DNA of 64,000 nt from Tubulanus polymorphus (Eukaryota; Animalia; Nemertea), in contig NC_134027.1 in NCBI RefSeq assembly GCF_964204645.1, positions 7,596,485-7,660,484 of the forward strand, in the 5' to 3' direction. The notes under the pieces were generated by a model, which had not been told where the DNA came from, made no database searches, and saw only the letters and a program-made list of their open reading frames with translations. This document shows positions 1 to 14,467 of this stretch, piece by piece (position 1 is the stretch's first letter; each line of letters opens with the position of its first letter). Both the position numbers and the translations under genes were made by a program.

Positions 1-8
1 ATGATACG

Positions 9-1004
9 ATGCCAATTATCGAATGTGGACCACTGCCTCCGGAACGATGGGATTACAGATTTAGTGTACTGATGTATCTATGCGTGTATGGACCGATGTC
101 GTTTATTGGTATAGTGTTGAACATCCTCACCATCATTGTCCTCGGTCGGATGCAGAGTATCGCTTTGTATCCAGTGAAGATCTTAGCCGTATTTGATATG
201 TTATTTTCGGTGACAGTTTTTGTTATGTATCCGATGAGGACGCTGTATATTTACTCGCGATTAGGAGATTTAGTTTTTCGTTTCGACGACTGGTGGTTCG
301 GTGCATGGTTTATCATCTTTGCGAGGCCACTTTTCCCCACGTTTCAAATGTCCAGGAACTGGGCTGTTCCGCAGGTAAGTTTAGGCCGACTCCTTGTCAT
401 TCTCTTTCCATTGAAATCTAAACTATTTTTAGATGTTAGAGTCTATAATATTTCGAGTGTTGTTATAACCAGTACAAGTGGAAATTCATTTTGGGCATTT
501 TTTGTACCATTAGGCAGTCCAGTAATGTGGGTGCACGCTAGATGTTTTCTGAATATTGGACAAAGTGCACTTTCATTGCCAAGATTTCCAACGCTTCACT
601 TCTATCATTTATCATTTTTCTATTGAACTCTATTTCTGCCGACAGTATTTTTGATTGTACTAAACCTTTCAATCGTGATATCGTTATTTGTGACCAGTTT
701 AGCTAGACATAAAATGAGTTCCGATACATCCAGTAAAACTATGATCCAGGAGAGGAGGATATTGAGGATGATTACGGTAATGGTGATTGTATTTCTGGTT
801 TGTGAAGTACCCGGGTGTATAGACAGGCTCGGGCTCGTTATAAAAAAGAATGTGTATGTTGGTTTTACTTACGATCAACTAATGATTATGAGAAAAGCAT
901 TTTTAGCTTTGACAATTCTTAATTCCACATTAAACTTTTTCATACATTGTTTCACAAATTGTAGTTTAAAAAATGTTTCAATTGATATTCTATGTATAAG
1001 TTAG
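9..1004 (+). pseudogene. Rhodopsin-family (peptide-receptor-like) GPCR, intronless, interrupted by an in-frame TGA
   Basis: ORFs 9..626 and 651..1004 are in the same frame, separated by TGA at 624-626 (FFY*TLFLPTVFLIVLN). TM1 GIVLNILTIIVL, TM2 LAVFD, degenerate DRY region (SLGRLLVILFPL), TM6 VFLVCEVPG, TM7 NSTLNFFIHC. Confidence 0.8.
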
Positions 1005-2006
1005 TGTTGTTCAAATTTTCAATTACTATAATCACAGATCACTCTGGTGATACCGCAAAAAAATTAACAATAGAAATTGTTTCTTAGCAGCACAACTCCT
1101 AAAGGTGGGCGTAGGCCGGCCTTGTGACCGCTTACGACTCACTGCGACGCGATTCACTGCTCCCGCCAGCGACGACCGACCCTACGCTCCCTTGTGACTG
1201 TCGCACATGTTATACTTTCTGCGACGCGACGCCACCGTCGCAACCGACCTACGCGCTCTTGCGACTGGGAGCGACGCGATTTTTTCCAGTAATACTGGAG
1301 ATTTGAAACCACAATGGTAATGAGATGCGTTCTGATTTCAATTTCGTATTCTATACCATATATAATCATTCATATTAGCGCTTATAACGCTACACACGAG
1401 GAAAGGAAAGGGAAACCCTTAACAGATTTTCAAAATGTATTCAGTCTTGTGTTTTGTATAACAGTTTATTGAAAATCTAAAAAGTTTGATTTTTCCCCGA
1501 CGTTTAAGACAGGTCCTCAGTGAAGTCTCAGGGTGCTACTTCATTTGTTACAAAACATTTCTTTGATGAGAGAATGTAATCCCAGGAAAATCTTGAAATC
1601 GAAAAAAGTCTTCTTCATTGTCGCGCCTTAGAACTATCAGGAATAGATTTAGTTTTAGAAACGATGATTTGCTTCAGAAGTTAACCACTGATATCGCACA
1701 TTATGACGAGAAAGCTTGTAAAAACGTTGAACTGTTGTTCATCACGCCGGCATCAAATAGTTTAATGATGCGCCGATGAACCGAGGTAGATAAAGTTGAT
1801 AACACTGATCTCTGGTTCCCCACATGAATTTTCGTGTTGAATCAATCGTTGGGGCTCTTTTAACACAACATCAAGTGTGAATATGACAATTTTTCGGAGA
1901 TTGACCATTGAACGCAGAGTGGAAATGTCTTGATAATATTCCAGATGTCAAATCTATTTCATAACTCCGACTAATACATACATATATCGAATTTTGTCCG
2001 CTCCAT

Positions 2007-2993
2007 TCATTTTGTCGATTTCGTTTTACAAATATACGAACAAAATACTTTATACAGGTGCTTTCTGAACAGAGGGATTCGTGCGACGTAAACTGGAAAA
2101 TTTGCGGCATAATTGATCAGTGTGATGTACCCGCAGAACCAATACAAAGTGCCTAACCTACGCTTGTATCTATGCGATACTAGTTCCGGATGTTCTACTG
2201 AGTAGTACCCGAAAAGCAGACCTGACACCATTGGAAAATTTGTCAATACGAAGATAATTGATACAACTAGTAAACTAGTAGTAATGCTCCTATCCTGTTT
2301 GCTCACCTTAGCCGTTAGACTATCACCTTTCCAACGATGGCGGATAAGTTGGATGCAAACCATAACATTTAAGACACAAATGAATAAAGATGGTATGATA
2401 TGATATCCTAGGATACCGAGTACGTAACGAAATATATACAAATGATCATTTTCGGTGGATATTACATCGAAACATTCACCGTTCTGTTTCATATTGATTT
2501 CATGGAGGAAAAACTGCCGTATTTCGAGAGGTGTGACGATCGCGAGGATGCAAAAGAGGGTTATTTTTGTTCGTTTGTACGTCAGGTAGCGTTCAGCGCT
2601 CATCGGATGACAAAGGGCTACGTATCACTCTGCGGTCATTGTAACGGTAATTAAACCGGACATACCTACGCACCAGTTACCTATGTACGATCCTAATTTA
2701 CACGTAACGCTGTTTAGTCGGAAGAAATCAACGCCGATGTAACGATAACCAAGAACAACTAAAGAACTGGCCATGTGCAATAAATCGACGACTGCTAACC
2801 ACAATAAGTATAAGATACCGTTTCCCTTGAATTCCTTGTTCGTCGTGAACACGATGATTGTCAAAGTATTGCCGACAATTCCAAAACATACATTCGGCGC
2901 GAGGATATATTTTTCGTAAATTTTCATGGCAGTCCTGGCATATTTCAAGCCAGGAAATATGATTTCGGTAATGACCGTCACTGTTCCGTTCAT
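2007..2993 (-). pseudogene. Rhodopsin-family GPCR, intronless, with a nonsense codon at the Arg of the E/DRY motif
   Basis: ORFs 2625..2993 and 2007..2603 are in frame and read ITVTMTAE*YVALCHPMSAERY. TGA at 2625-2627 replaces R (CGA>TGA). TM1 GIVGNTLTIIVF, TM2 LAVVD, TM6 FVLTNFP, TM7 NYAANFPVY. Confidence 0.85.
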
Positions 2994-3484
2994 TAGGCCG
3001 CAGATCGTGGTCGCAGAGCACTAAACTAAGAATGGCGACGACATAGGTGAAAGTAACACGCGTTACTGAAGTAAACCGCGTAAATGAAAATAATTTCATA
3101 AACTAAAGTGTAACTTCTCGATCGTCCGGAATTTTGTATCACTAATGACACTAATGAAATAAAATGTTTTTATCCAATAAAGACTGATGTTTTCAGTTCT
3201 GTGTTATAATTTAACTAGTTTCATTGGTTTCCTCAAATAGTTTAAAGTTGGGTAAGATTATGTTATCATATATTGAATAGCTTCGTTTGTATGAAAAGAA
3301 ATGAATTCGATCTTTCATCACCGTCGGTCTAGAGTCAGAATTCATGTACAATGAAGTTAGTGTATATTGATATTTCACCAGTATGCTCTACCATCAGCTT
3401 GCCAGGACGGTAATATGAAGGCATATTTTTAAAAAATTGGAGATTTATGGGCGTGAAATTGCACGGCTGAGTCGTCAAAGTGTT

Positions 3485-3580
3485 TCTCTCGAGTCAGATT
3501 TGAATGACCTAATGATAATCATGACTCTATAAGGTATCTACCTCTGCAGTCCTCCGATCTACCAACTGAGCTATCGGGGG
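3485..3580 (-). pseudogene. Intron-containing tRNA-Tyr-derived pseudogene (anticodon reads GCA)
   Basis: Minus strand reads CCCCCGATAGCTCAGTTGGTAGATCGGAGGACTGCAG-intron-ATCATTAGGTCATTCAAATCTGACTCGAGAGA. This matches the eukaryotic tRNA-Tyr scaffold but has a damaged T arm and acceptor stem. Confidence 0.75.
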
Positions 3581-4294
3581 AATACAAAGTAATGCACATG
3601 GTATCAAAATTTGTCTTTTTTCTTCTTTAAGTTAAGTATAGAAATGGATGATTTAATCCAGTTGACATCTCATACGATAACCGAGAAAATCAATCCAGAT
3701 GTTTGTAAACTCAACATTTCAAGATCATTCTTCATTACAATCGTTGAAAATAGAATATACATGTAGTTCACCCAAAAGACCACTTGCACAAAGAGATTAG
3801 ATTAATCCAAACATCTATATGTTATCACCCTGGTGAAGCTAGTATAGGTTTATAACGGTATACCTTTAAAACGATTCCCTTGATCTTAATGAATTTCTGT
3901 TGGCGTAAATTAATTAGTTAGCTCTAGGATATGTATAATTTCATCATTTGTATACAAGTACAATGAATAACGCGAATGATGGATTGTTTTGATCTAAGCA
4001 TTCATATGCATATCAAAGAAATCAGTCAATTTAATCATAGGGGTAATTAATATTTTTACTAGTGAGTTTATGAGAGACAGACACTAATTACTCACTGAAT
4101 TAGGTGTCACGAATAGATTGGTTCTCTAGATTTAATTGAGAAAGTTAGACACTTGAGATGCACGTTTCATTCTTCAATATATATCTACCTGACAACACAT
4201 CACGTACATTAATCGTCTGTCTCATGCTGACACTTAACCTCTGGATAATTGTCTACTGCGAGGATTACGGAATATTTTCATCAACGTGACTGAA

Positions 4295-7080
4295 ATGAGT
4301 CTACAGCGACCAAGTTTCAACATCTCAAACATTCTGTCCAACGTCGGTAACGGCCATGACTACGACTATCATCTAAATCACCAGTTCAAACATGCGACGC
4401 AACAACAAGGTAAGCATCAACATAATTCAATTCAATTCAATTAATTCTTTATTGTTCCGTAACGTAGTTAAACATGATAAGATTAAGTACAATAAAGACA
4501 GGGGGATAAAATATAACATTTTAAAGATAGAGATAACAAAAACAATAACAGTTTAATATACATATATACACGATGTAAATAGGTTTTCAGTAAGTGAATC
4601 AGTGATAGTTTAATTAATGCCGATAACGGATACTGCGACGTAACACTACAGATTTCAGATAGTTGTTTTTTTTCCATGAGTTAGACCCTTTCTCGATGTA
4701 TTTCCCTAAATATTTGGCCATTTCGCACAAATTTTGCACACTCCATTACAAAGTGGAACTCATCTTCTACTACTCCGCATCTGCTACATAAGCGTTCTTC
4801 CCTAGAGATACCTAGGTAGCGCCCTTTCTCAATCATAAGTTTGTGTGCGCTGAGTCTTAATTTGGTTAGAGCTGTCTTAGAGGAAATTGGAATGTTCAGT
4901 AGTAAATAGGGTTCCAAACTGAATTCTGTTTTGAAGATCTTATATGAGTCAAGTTTGTTAAAGCTTTGAATTTTTGTTTTCCAGAATATTTTATATCGCT
5001 CTTGGAGTATGTGTTTGAACCTTTTAATATGCTGATAGGTCTGGCCAACTTCTAACAGGTTGAGACTATTTGTAGCAGACATGGCTTTTAGGAAAATAGT
5101 CCTTGTCATTTGTCTGGTTTTTCATAGAACTCAAATCTTTCACCGTTATATTTACAATACTATTTACATTTGTACACATGTGGTTATAAAAGTTAATTAT
5201 ACGGGAAAATGCATCTATATAAATCGGTAGTCTTCCTAATTCACCGAGTACTGCTAAATTGGTAGTTTTTTTGTTTACATGCAATATGAATTTGCAGAAT
5301 TTGACAGTTAATTTATTGAGTAGGTCATCCTTTTCCATTACTTCCTCAATTGGGAATGTACCAATGTTTTTGAATATTTTCTTAGCAGTGCTCGTTTTTG
5401 TTAACCAAATCTCACAACCATATAGTGGGATGGATGTTACCAAAGTGTCAAACAGCTTTAACGATACATCGGGTGGAAAATCTTGAATACCAATCATTTT
5501 TTGAATACTGAACATGGCTCGGTTAGCTGATTTGAATAGATCTTCTCTAGCTTTGTTAAAACACCCTGATGCTGTAAATATAAGTCCTAGATATTTGTAC
5601 TCTTTTACTAATTCAACATATGCACGGGGATTGTGGGGTCTAAACAAATTGAAGATTTCAGAATAAGTTCATTAATTGGATCGTAAAATAGAATTACAAA
5701 CTTCCCCTGGAGGTAGATTTTTAGATGTCGTTGTATAGATTCGTGTATACAAACTTCGAAAGAAAAATAGAGAAACATTTTCTTATTAGAATGAATCACA
5801 ACAGAGTTTTTACACGTCGTTTGGTTTTTTAGGGGATTATTTGAACAATGCGTGCACATCGGACGGATCGAAGAAAACTACTTCCACCCCCAACGCGGTA
5901 ACTGCAAAAGGAAGGCAGAGGACACGGTTTTCTTTTTCCGAAAAACACGTACGTATGACATGTTATATTCTATTTTACCAATGTTTTGATTTCATTTTAT
6001 ATGAAATGTGAAACTATTAACAATTCTTGATAGACGTGTATATATTTAATTTCTTTACCCTGTCTTTCAGTTGGCTCAATTTGAACGTATATTCACCGAG
6101 GACAAGTATCCCGATATAACAGTGATCGAAGATCTAGCTTCAAATTTTAATTTGCCCGTTGAAAAAATATCTGTAAGTATTCTATTGACTATACATATTC
6201 CTTGGTTTGGTTATTAACGAAACTAGCGACATTGAAAAAAAAGATATAGATGTATTCCAGAAATCAATAACGGTGTCTTTTACTATTTTGTTGTTTTTCA
6301 GACCTGGTTCCAGAATCGCCGTGCCAAACAGAGACGAGAAGGGAAAGCTGATTATAAATCTTGGATGCGAAAACAGTTTTTCGTTAATAAAGAAAACGTA
6401 GCCGCTAGTACCAATGACGTACCTGGTACAGATCACGTTTTGACACCGCCAAGTTCAGAGTGTTCGGATGTGATGAGAAAACCGTCGACACAGTAAGTAA
6501 CCCCTTGATTAAATGATTCTAAAATCTCGTAAATACTATGAACTTGTCATTTACCAACATTTGGTTTTTTTTTTGTTGAAGGATTCATCACCGACCTCTA
6601 CCGCAGACTACAACTGGACCACCTATGTACAACCCAACGGCTACCTATAATAAGCCGTCTTTACCGCGTCAACCGATACCATACACTTCCACCATGGTCA
6701 AACCAATTCCGTACGGAAATGTACCGCGGTATTACCATCAGCAAACAACGCAGTCGACACCCATGACGTCAGAATTTAATCCGACGACGGATCCACTCAC
6801 TTCGTCTGCTTCGTACGGATTACGATACTTCGGCGGACAAAATTCGTTCGGAAATTCCAACTGCAGCAACGCACTCGTATCTCCATCGACCATCAGTCTG
6901 GGAAATCCGACCTACGCCGACTTCTTTCCAACGAATTTACCACACTACAACATGTATTCAATGCGTACCGATGGTCAAACATGTGACAACCAAACTCCAG
7001 CGATGACTGTAAATGCAGTTCCATTCGTTCAAGGACAACCACCTGTTAATTCGCTATATCCTGAATTAGCATGTTTATAA
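4295..7080 (+). CDS. Divergent PRD-class (Q50) homeobox protein with N-terminal eh1-like motif, ~340 aa, 5 coding exons
   Basis: Exons 4295-4409, 5833-5948, 6071-6172, 6302-6492 and 6582-7080 join in frame with GT-AG introns. Homeodomain RQRTRFSFSEKH|LAQFERIFTEDKYPDITVIEDLASNFNLPVEKIS|TWFQNRRAKQRREG has the PRD-diagnostic intron between residues 46 and 47. SFNISNIL lies in exon 1; the C-terminus is P/S/T/Y-rich. Confidence 0.9.
4425..5612 (-). mobile_element. 5'-truncated non-LTR retrotransposon (RTE-X/CR1-L2 group) in homeobox intron 1
   Basis: Frameshifted ORF2 C-terminus (YKYLG, LYGCEIW, GELGR, RLSAHKLMIEKGRY..CSRC..EDEFHF..C). 3' end is AATAAA plus a (GAATT)n tail at ~4425-4455. 8-bp direct repeat TCAACATA at 4417-4424 and 5613-5620 is a likely TSD. 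Confidence 0.9.
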
Positions 7081-7565
7081 AAAGTTAGAATTCTTAAATC
7101 TGTTTGTGTGCTTATTCCAATGTACAGTTACTTAATGGGTATTAAATTAATTTGATCTTATAATATTGAGTTCTTTTTGAATGCGTGGCGCTTTCTCATT
7201 ACTCATTTCGGAAATTTCAACTAGTGCACAGTTACCGGGATTTAATGTTCCATGGGCACTTGTAATATCAGACACAAGTCAAGCAAATTTTTGCCCTTTT
7301 TTGTCTTGTCAGCTAAGAAAATTTGGACATTTAGTGCGACTAATGTTGCCTTTTTGGACATAGAGTCATTTTGGGATGTGACAAGCTCTTCAAATTTAGC
7401 CCTAGTGACCGCAGGTATGGTCGAAGTGACTTAGGTCGGATAGACAATCTCATGGCGGAGGAGAGACAACTGAAGAATATAAGCAAACTTACTCTATACA
7501 TTGGCATACAAGTAATATTTATTTTGTGGAACTTATTCCATATATTTAAAATAAATTACGAAATA

Positions 7566-7733
7566 CAGTCATAACCGCTTAATCCGGATCGGCTTAATCC
7601 GGATTTTGGTCTAATCCGGACAATATTTGCAGTCGTATGTTCATTAACATACAAATGACTTTTAATGCGCATTTCCTGTAAACCGGATGAATTCTATTGG
7701 TCCCAAATGATCCGAATTAAGCGGGTTCTACTG
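7566..7733. mobile_element. Tc1/mariner-type MITE, copy 1
   Basis: TA-flanked, with imperfect TIRs CAGTCATAACCGCTTAATCCGGAT / ATCCGAATTAAGCGGGTTCTACTG. An inverted homolog lies at 9974-10147. Confidence 0.7.
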
Positions 7734-9197
7734 TATATGAATTGCTATCATGTTGATTAACAACTGCAGTTCCAATATACATTCAGGTAATCTTGCGCCG
7801 GGGGATGCTTTTCCCGCATAAACCAATAAACCAAAGAATGACTACCATGATGTCAAATCCCCATTAGGAATTAGTTTATAATAGTATCACTATCTACGCA
7901 AGATCAATCACCAAATCTTAAACCTAAACCCACTCACTCACCTAATGAAGATACTATACACTAGTAGCGAAAGCTCATGCGTCAAATGAACTAGTTAACC
8001 TATAAAGTACTATTTGTCTTGTATTTATCCTACACCCAGTTAACACGACTCCTCTAAAACCTTATACCAAATGGCTTAAATTCCAGTCCTTATATTCTAA
8101 ATTCTTTAGAAATTAGCTACATGAAAACTATCGACCACTTATTCCCCTACACACTATCATTAGACCAAGACCACCATTAGATTGGACAAAAAATTCATCG
8201 CCTATCGTAATAAAACGAATCTACGAATCCATTTAGGCTGTAGACTTGACTAACAGTTATTATCACGCGGAATAGGTATCGTTCCAAATGATGATGGTTT
8301 TTAGGGAGTGTAGGATCCCACTAATTGTTTTACAATCAAGATCTTTTGCACATCATAATAAACCAAACATATATATGGTTCTTCTTGTTGCTCGTAATTC
8401 AAATACATCAATCATTGCCGAAAACCTGAGGTTCAAGTTGCTGTTTTCAGATCTGACAGAATTTGTCTGAATACACGTACTTATAATCGTCTTAAAATGT
8501 AACATATAACAACAACGTATTTTACTAAATTTTTTGTAAGAATTTAGCATCGACGCATAGAATATATCAATTCCCCGGTTTTCGATGAGAGTTCTTTTAT
8601 CATTTCAGATCCTCTTTAAAACGGTGTATTGTATTCATGCAAACTCGAATTACCGTTAAATAAATCAGCAGTTGACAAAGTGCAAATAACAAATGGACGG
8701 ACGATTTACATTCAATCCTGGTGAACTTGATCACCAACATTCTTTCAATGTAAACATATTTCTAGCAAATATATTATTCATTTTGAAATAACGAAACCTC
8801 AGTATATTCTGATAAAAAAATCAATTGTGTCAAGGAAACTTGAAAATTCAATTTTGACCCAAACTAGAAAACTACCGATGGATTGTCTAGTTCCCTGAAG
8901 GTATTTATAGTACCTCTTCTACATTATCATCATTTTAAGCACATAGATTGATTGCAACTACCATATCTAACACACTCATAAAATCTAGGTTTAGTCCCGT
9001 TAAGCACACAAATTTTAATACAGCACCTCTAACTTCAATTAACTATGTTTAGGTATTACCTAACCATGACAGAACCAGATATTCTAAGACATGAATTTGT
9101 CACAAGCTAAACGTTAGAAACTAAATTTTTGTTGCACTCCGATAGAAATCGTGGTTATATATACAAATATCTCAAATTTTCTGTCGACTAACATGGT

Positions 9198-12008
<2,811 letters not shown>

Positions 12009-12309
12009 TATGGGATATTCATCGAATAACGGCGAAAAACAATATTTAAGGGCCCGAATTCCACTGATTATTTCCTCGGCTGCCAGTGCAAGCGCGATGT
12101 ACAATAAAATTGATTTAATCTTTTGAGTAGAGTAGCTTCACCCGGCCAAGGTCGTAGAGACAGTAGTTGGTTGGCACATGTTCCCTAAACTAATAAGCAA
12201 CAAAAGTGAGTTTTTTTATCCAAATAATACGTAGCCAGCATAGAGGCTCGTATCAAGAGTTGTTGGTAATGCAAAAACGATATATGTAAATCCGATTTGT
12301 CCTGTCCTG

Positions 12310-12445
12310 TGGCCATTTGTGGCATGGTGGATAAGGTGTTTGACTCGCAACTGAGACTGAGGTTGAGGGTTCGAATCCTCCTAGTGAAACCGCATTCAGG
12401 CAGGACACTTATCAGTGTTCGTCGACTCAGATTTAAAAAAAAAAG
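12310..12445 (+). mobile_element. tRNA-derived SINE fragment
   Basis: Pol III A-box-like TGGCATGGTGG, B box GGTTCGAATCC, then GGCAGGACACTT and an A-run. No complete cloverleaf. Confidence 0.55.
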
Positions 12446-12456
12446 ACGCTGGGTAA

Positions 12457-12649
12457 GATTCAAGAATAGGGGACTAGTGGTTAGGATTAGGATTAGGATT
12501 AGGGTTAGGGTTAGGTTTAGTTCCCTAATCATCATTAATTACTATATACATTACTATCATTATATATCATCATTATCAATTACTAATATTATTACTTAAT
12601 TGATTACTATCACTACATATATATTGCTATAGTCCCCTATTCTTGAATC
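12457..12649. mobile_element. MITE-like element with 20-bp inverted repeats enclosing telomere-like (TTAGGA/TTAGGG)n
   Basis: GATTCAAGAATAGGGGACTA (12457-12476) and its exact reverse complement (12630-12649). TTAGGA/TTAGGG units at 12481-12520. Confidence 0.65.
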
Positions 12650-12840
12650 GCATCGGCCAACTCCAATAATCAATATAAATTTGAGAAAAGTTTTTACACA
12701 AAATAGGCCAGCCAACTCAATTAATCAATAATCAATATTAACTTAGAAACATCTTGAGTTAGTTTTAGTTTACAATGTTGAGTATTTACTGTTCCTTAAA
12801 CAAACACCCATCATCATCTTTTCTTTTGTTGAAGTAAAAC

Positions 12841-13785
12841 ATGGCGACACAAGAAAATGACAAGAAGTCAACTAAGTTGTCAAAAAATCTTCTACAAATG
12901 AAGGTAAGGACATTGGAATTTAATAGGTAGGCCCTGGCCTTTACCTGGTTTCCGGTTTTCTTCTTGAACTGAACTTTTTAAGTGATAATTTTTTATGTAG
13001 TTCATGAGACGCACAGCTGTGAAACAGGAAATGGATGAAAATGAATTGGAGAAAAAACGTATAATCGATGATGAACATTGGGTGCTTGATATACCAGAGC
13101 AGAAACAAGCAGTGTAAGTCTGGTAGGCCCTACAGACCCTGCTAAAGTCAAAAGACTGTAGTCCAGTTTGGCCTTGAGTTTATCAAATGTAAATGTTAGA
13201 CCAGGTATAAGAGATTTTCTATTAATGTTATTTCCTTGTTTTGTTTCAGGAGCAAATATATTATGGAACCAAGTAATGTTGTTGTCGAAGGGTTACCACA
13301 ATTTGGACGATTATCTTTCAAAGGATTTAATCCAGAAATTGAGGTAAATTATAGCCTCGGGTAGTTGTTACCTGCATTACTAATTAATTGTATCGAATAC
13401 CTCACTGTAACCAGTGTTCATTTTATAGAAATTGATGACTGAAGAAGAATTTGAAGCAAAATTAAATGCTTCTGAAGAAAGGGAAAAATTAACAGCAGTC
13501 GATGACGAAGAAATGGTTGAAAGGTGAACAGAAGGATAAATGATAGTCAAATAACTCTCTAGGATAATCCTAATGCAAATTTTTATCTTATTTTCTTATC
13601 GTCATTTCAGATTCGAAAACATTGTGGGTACTATAGCGAAGAAATTTACGAAAAAAAGAAACCGAACGAAAGGAACTGAATCATCACAGCCTGATTCTGA
13701 ATCGCCACAACCAACTGCTACTAAACGAGTGAAAAAAGAGACTTCAAAGACTAAAACAAGAAAGTTTCTTAAACCCGATGTTTGA
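12841..13785 (+). CDS. MPHOSPH6: M-phase phosphoprotein 6 (nuclear exosome cofactor MPP6)
   Basis: Exons 12841-12903, 13001-13113, 13250-13343, 13429-13523 and 13611-13785. Motifs TKLSKNLLQMKFMRR, IDDEHWVLD, FGRLSFKGFNPEIEKLM, VGTIAKKF, RKFLKPD. Confidence 0.95.
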
Positions 13786-14467
13786 TAATAAGCAAATTGA
13801 CTTAATGCATTTCTTGTATATTTAACTTTAATGAATTGTTGGTTGAATGTTTTCGCATTCATGCTTTTTAGCCCACACTTGGGACTTTTAATCCCAGCGG
13901 TCTATTGTATTCACTTTTCATCCATCTGTCCATAGATGGAATCCAATTTTTTTTGGCATATTTTGTAAAATTTCAGTTCATGACACTATGCTCAGATTAT
14001 GGCAAGTTTCAAACAGGGGTGTGCAGTGAATGCCAGTGAAAATGTCAAGCATTTCATCAAGTGGGCATGGTGTCCCTGGATCCATTTTATGTACAAACCT
14101 AGAATGAATGAGAATGTTAAATGAACCTAGAATGAGAATGTTAAAATATATTATTTATATCATCTCAATATAAGGGCTTTCATTTTTTTCACTATTTTGA
14201 AGCAGTTATCAATAAGTTGATGCATTTTACAAGGAAAATAGACTTGAGATTATTACAACTGTAGCGTGGACTCCTGCTGCCCCAACCAATGGATGGATGG
14301 ACTCCAGTTACACAAATAATGAACCTTTCTACATACTTAATAAAAAATGTCATGTGGTCTATTGCAGGTAACAATTTATTTAAACGTTTTAAAATTTCGG
14401 ACAATATCATAAGTACAAAATGTATAAATATTAAATTTTATTCATGATTTTTTAGCTCAATTTGGTT

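Noticed and set aside
1480-1540. Penelope pLTR / hammerhead ribozyme-like remnant (minus strand CTGAGGA...AAACGTCGG)
   Set aside because: The catalytic GAAA is absent, stems are unconvincing and there is no associated RT/GIY-YIG sequence.
624-2627. Genetic-code reassignment or selenocysteine at the GPCR TGA codons
   Set aside because: TGA terminates MPHOSPH6 normally, the ERY position requires Arg, and no convincing SECIS was seen.
12481-12520. TTAGGG repeats as a telomere or chromosome fusion site
   Set aside because: Only about six mixed units, enclosed by 20-bp inverted repeats of a small element.
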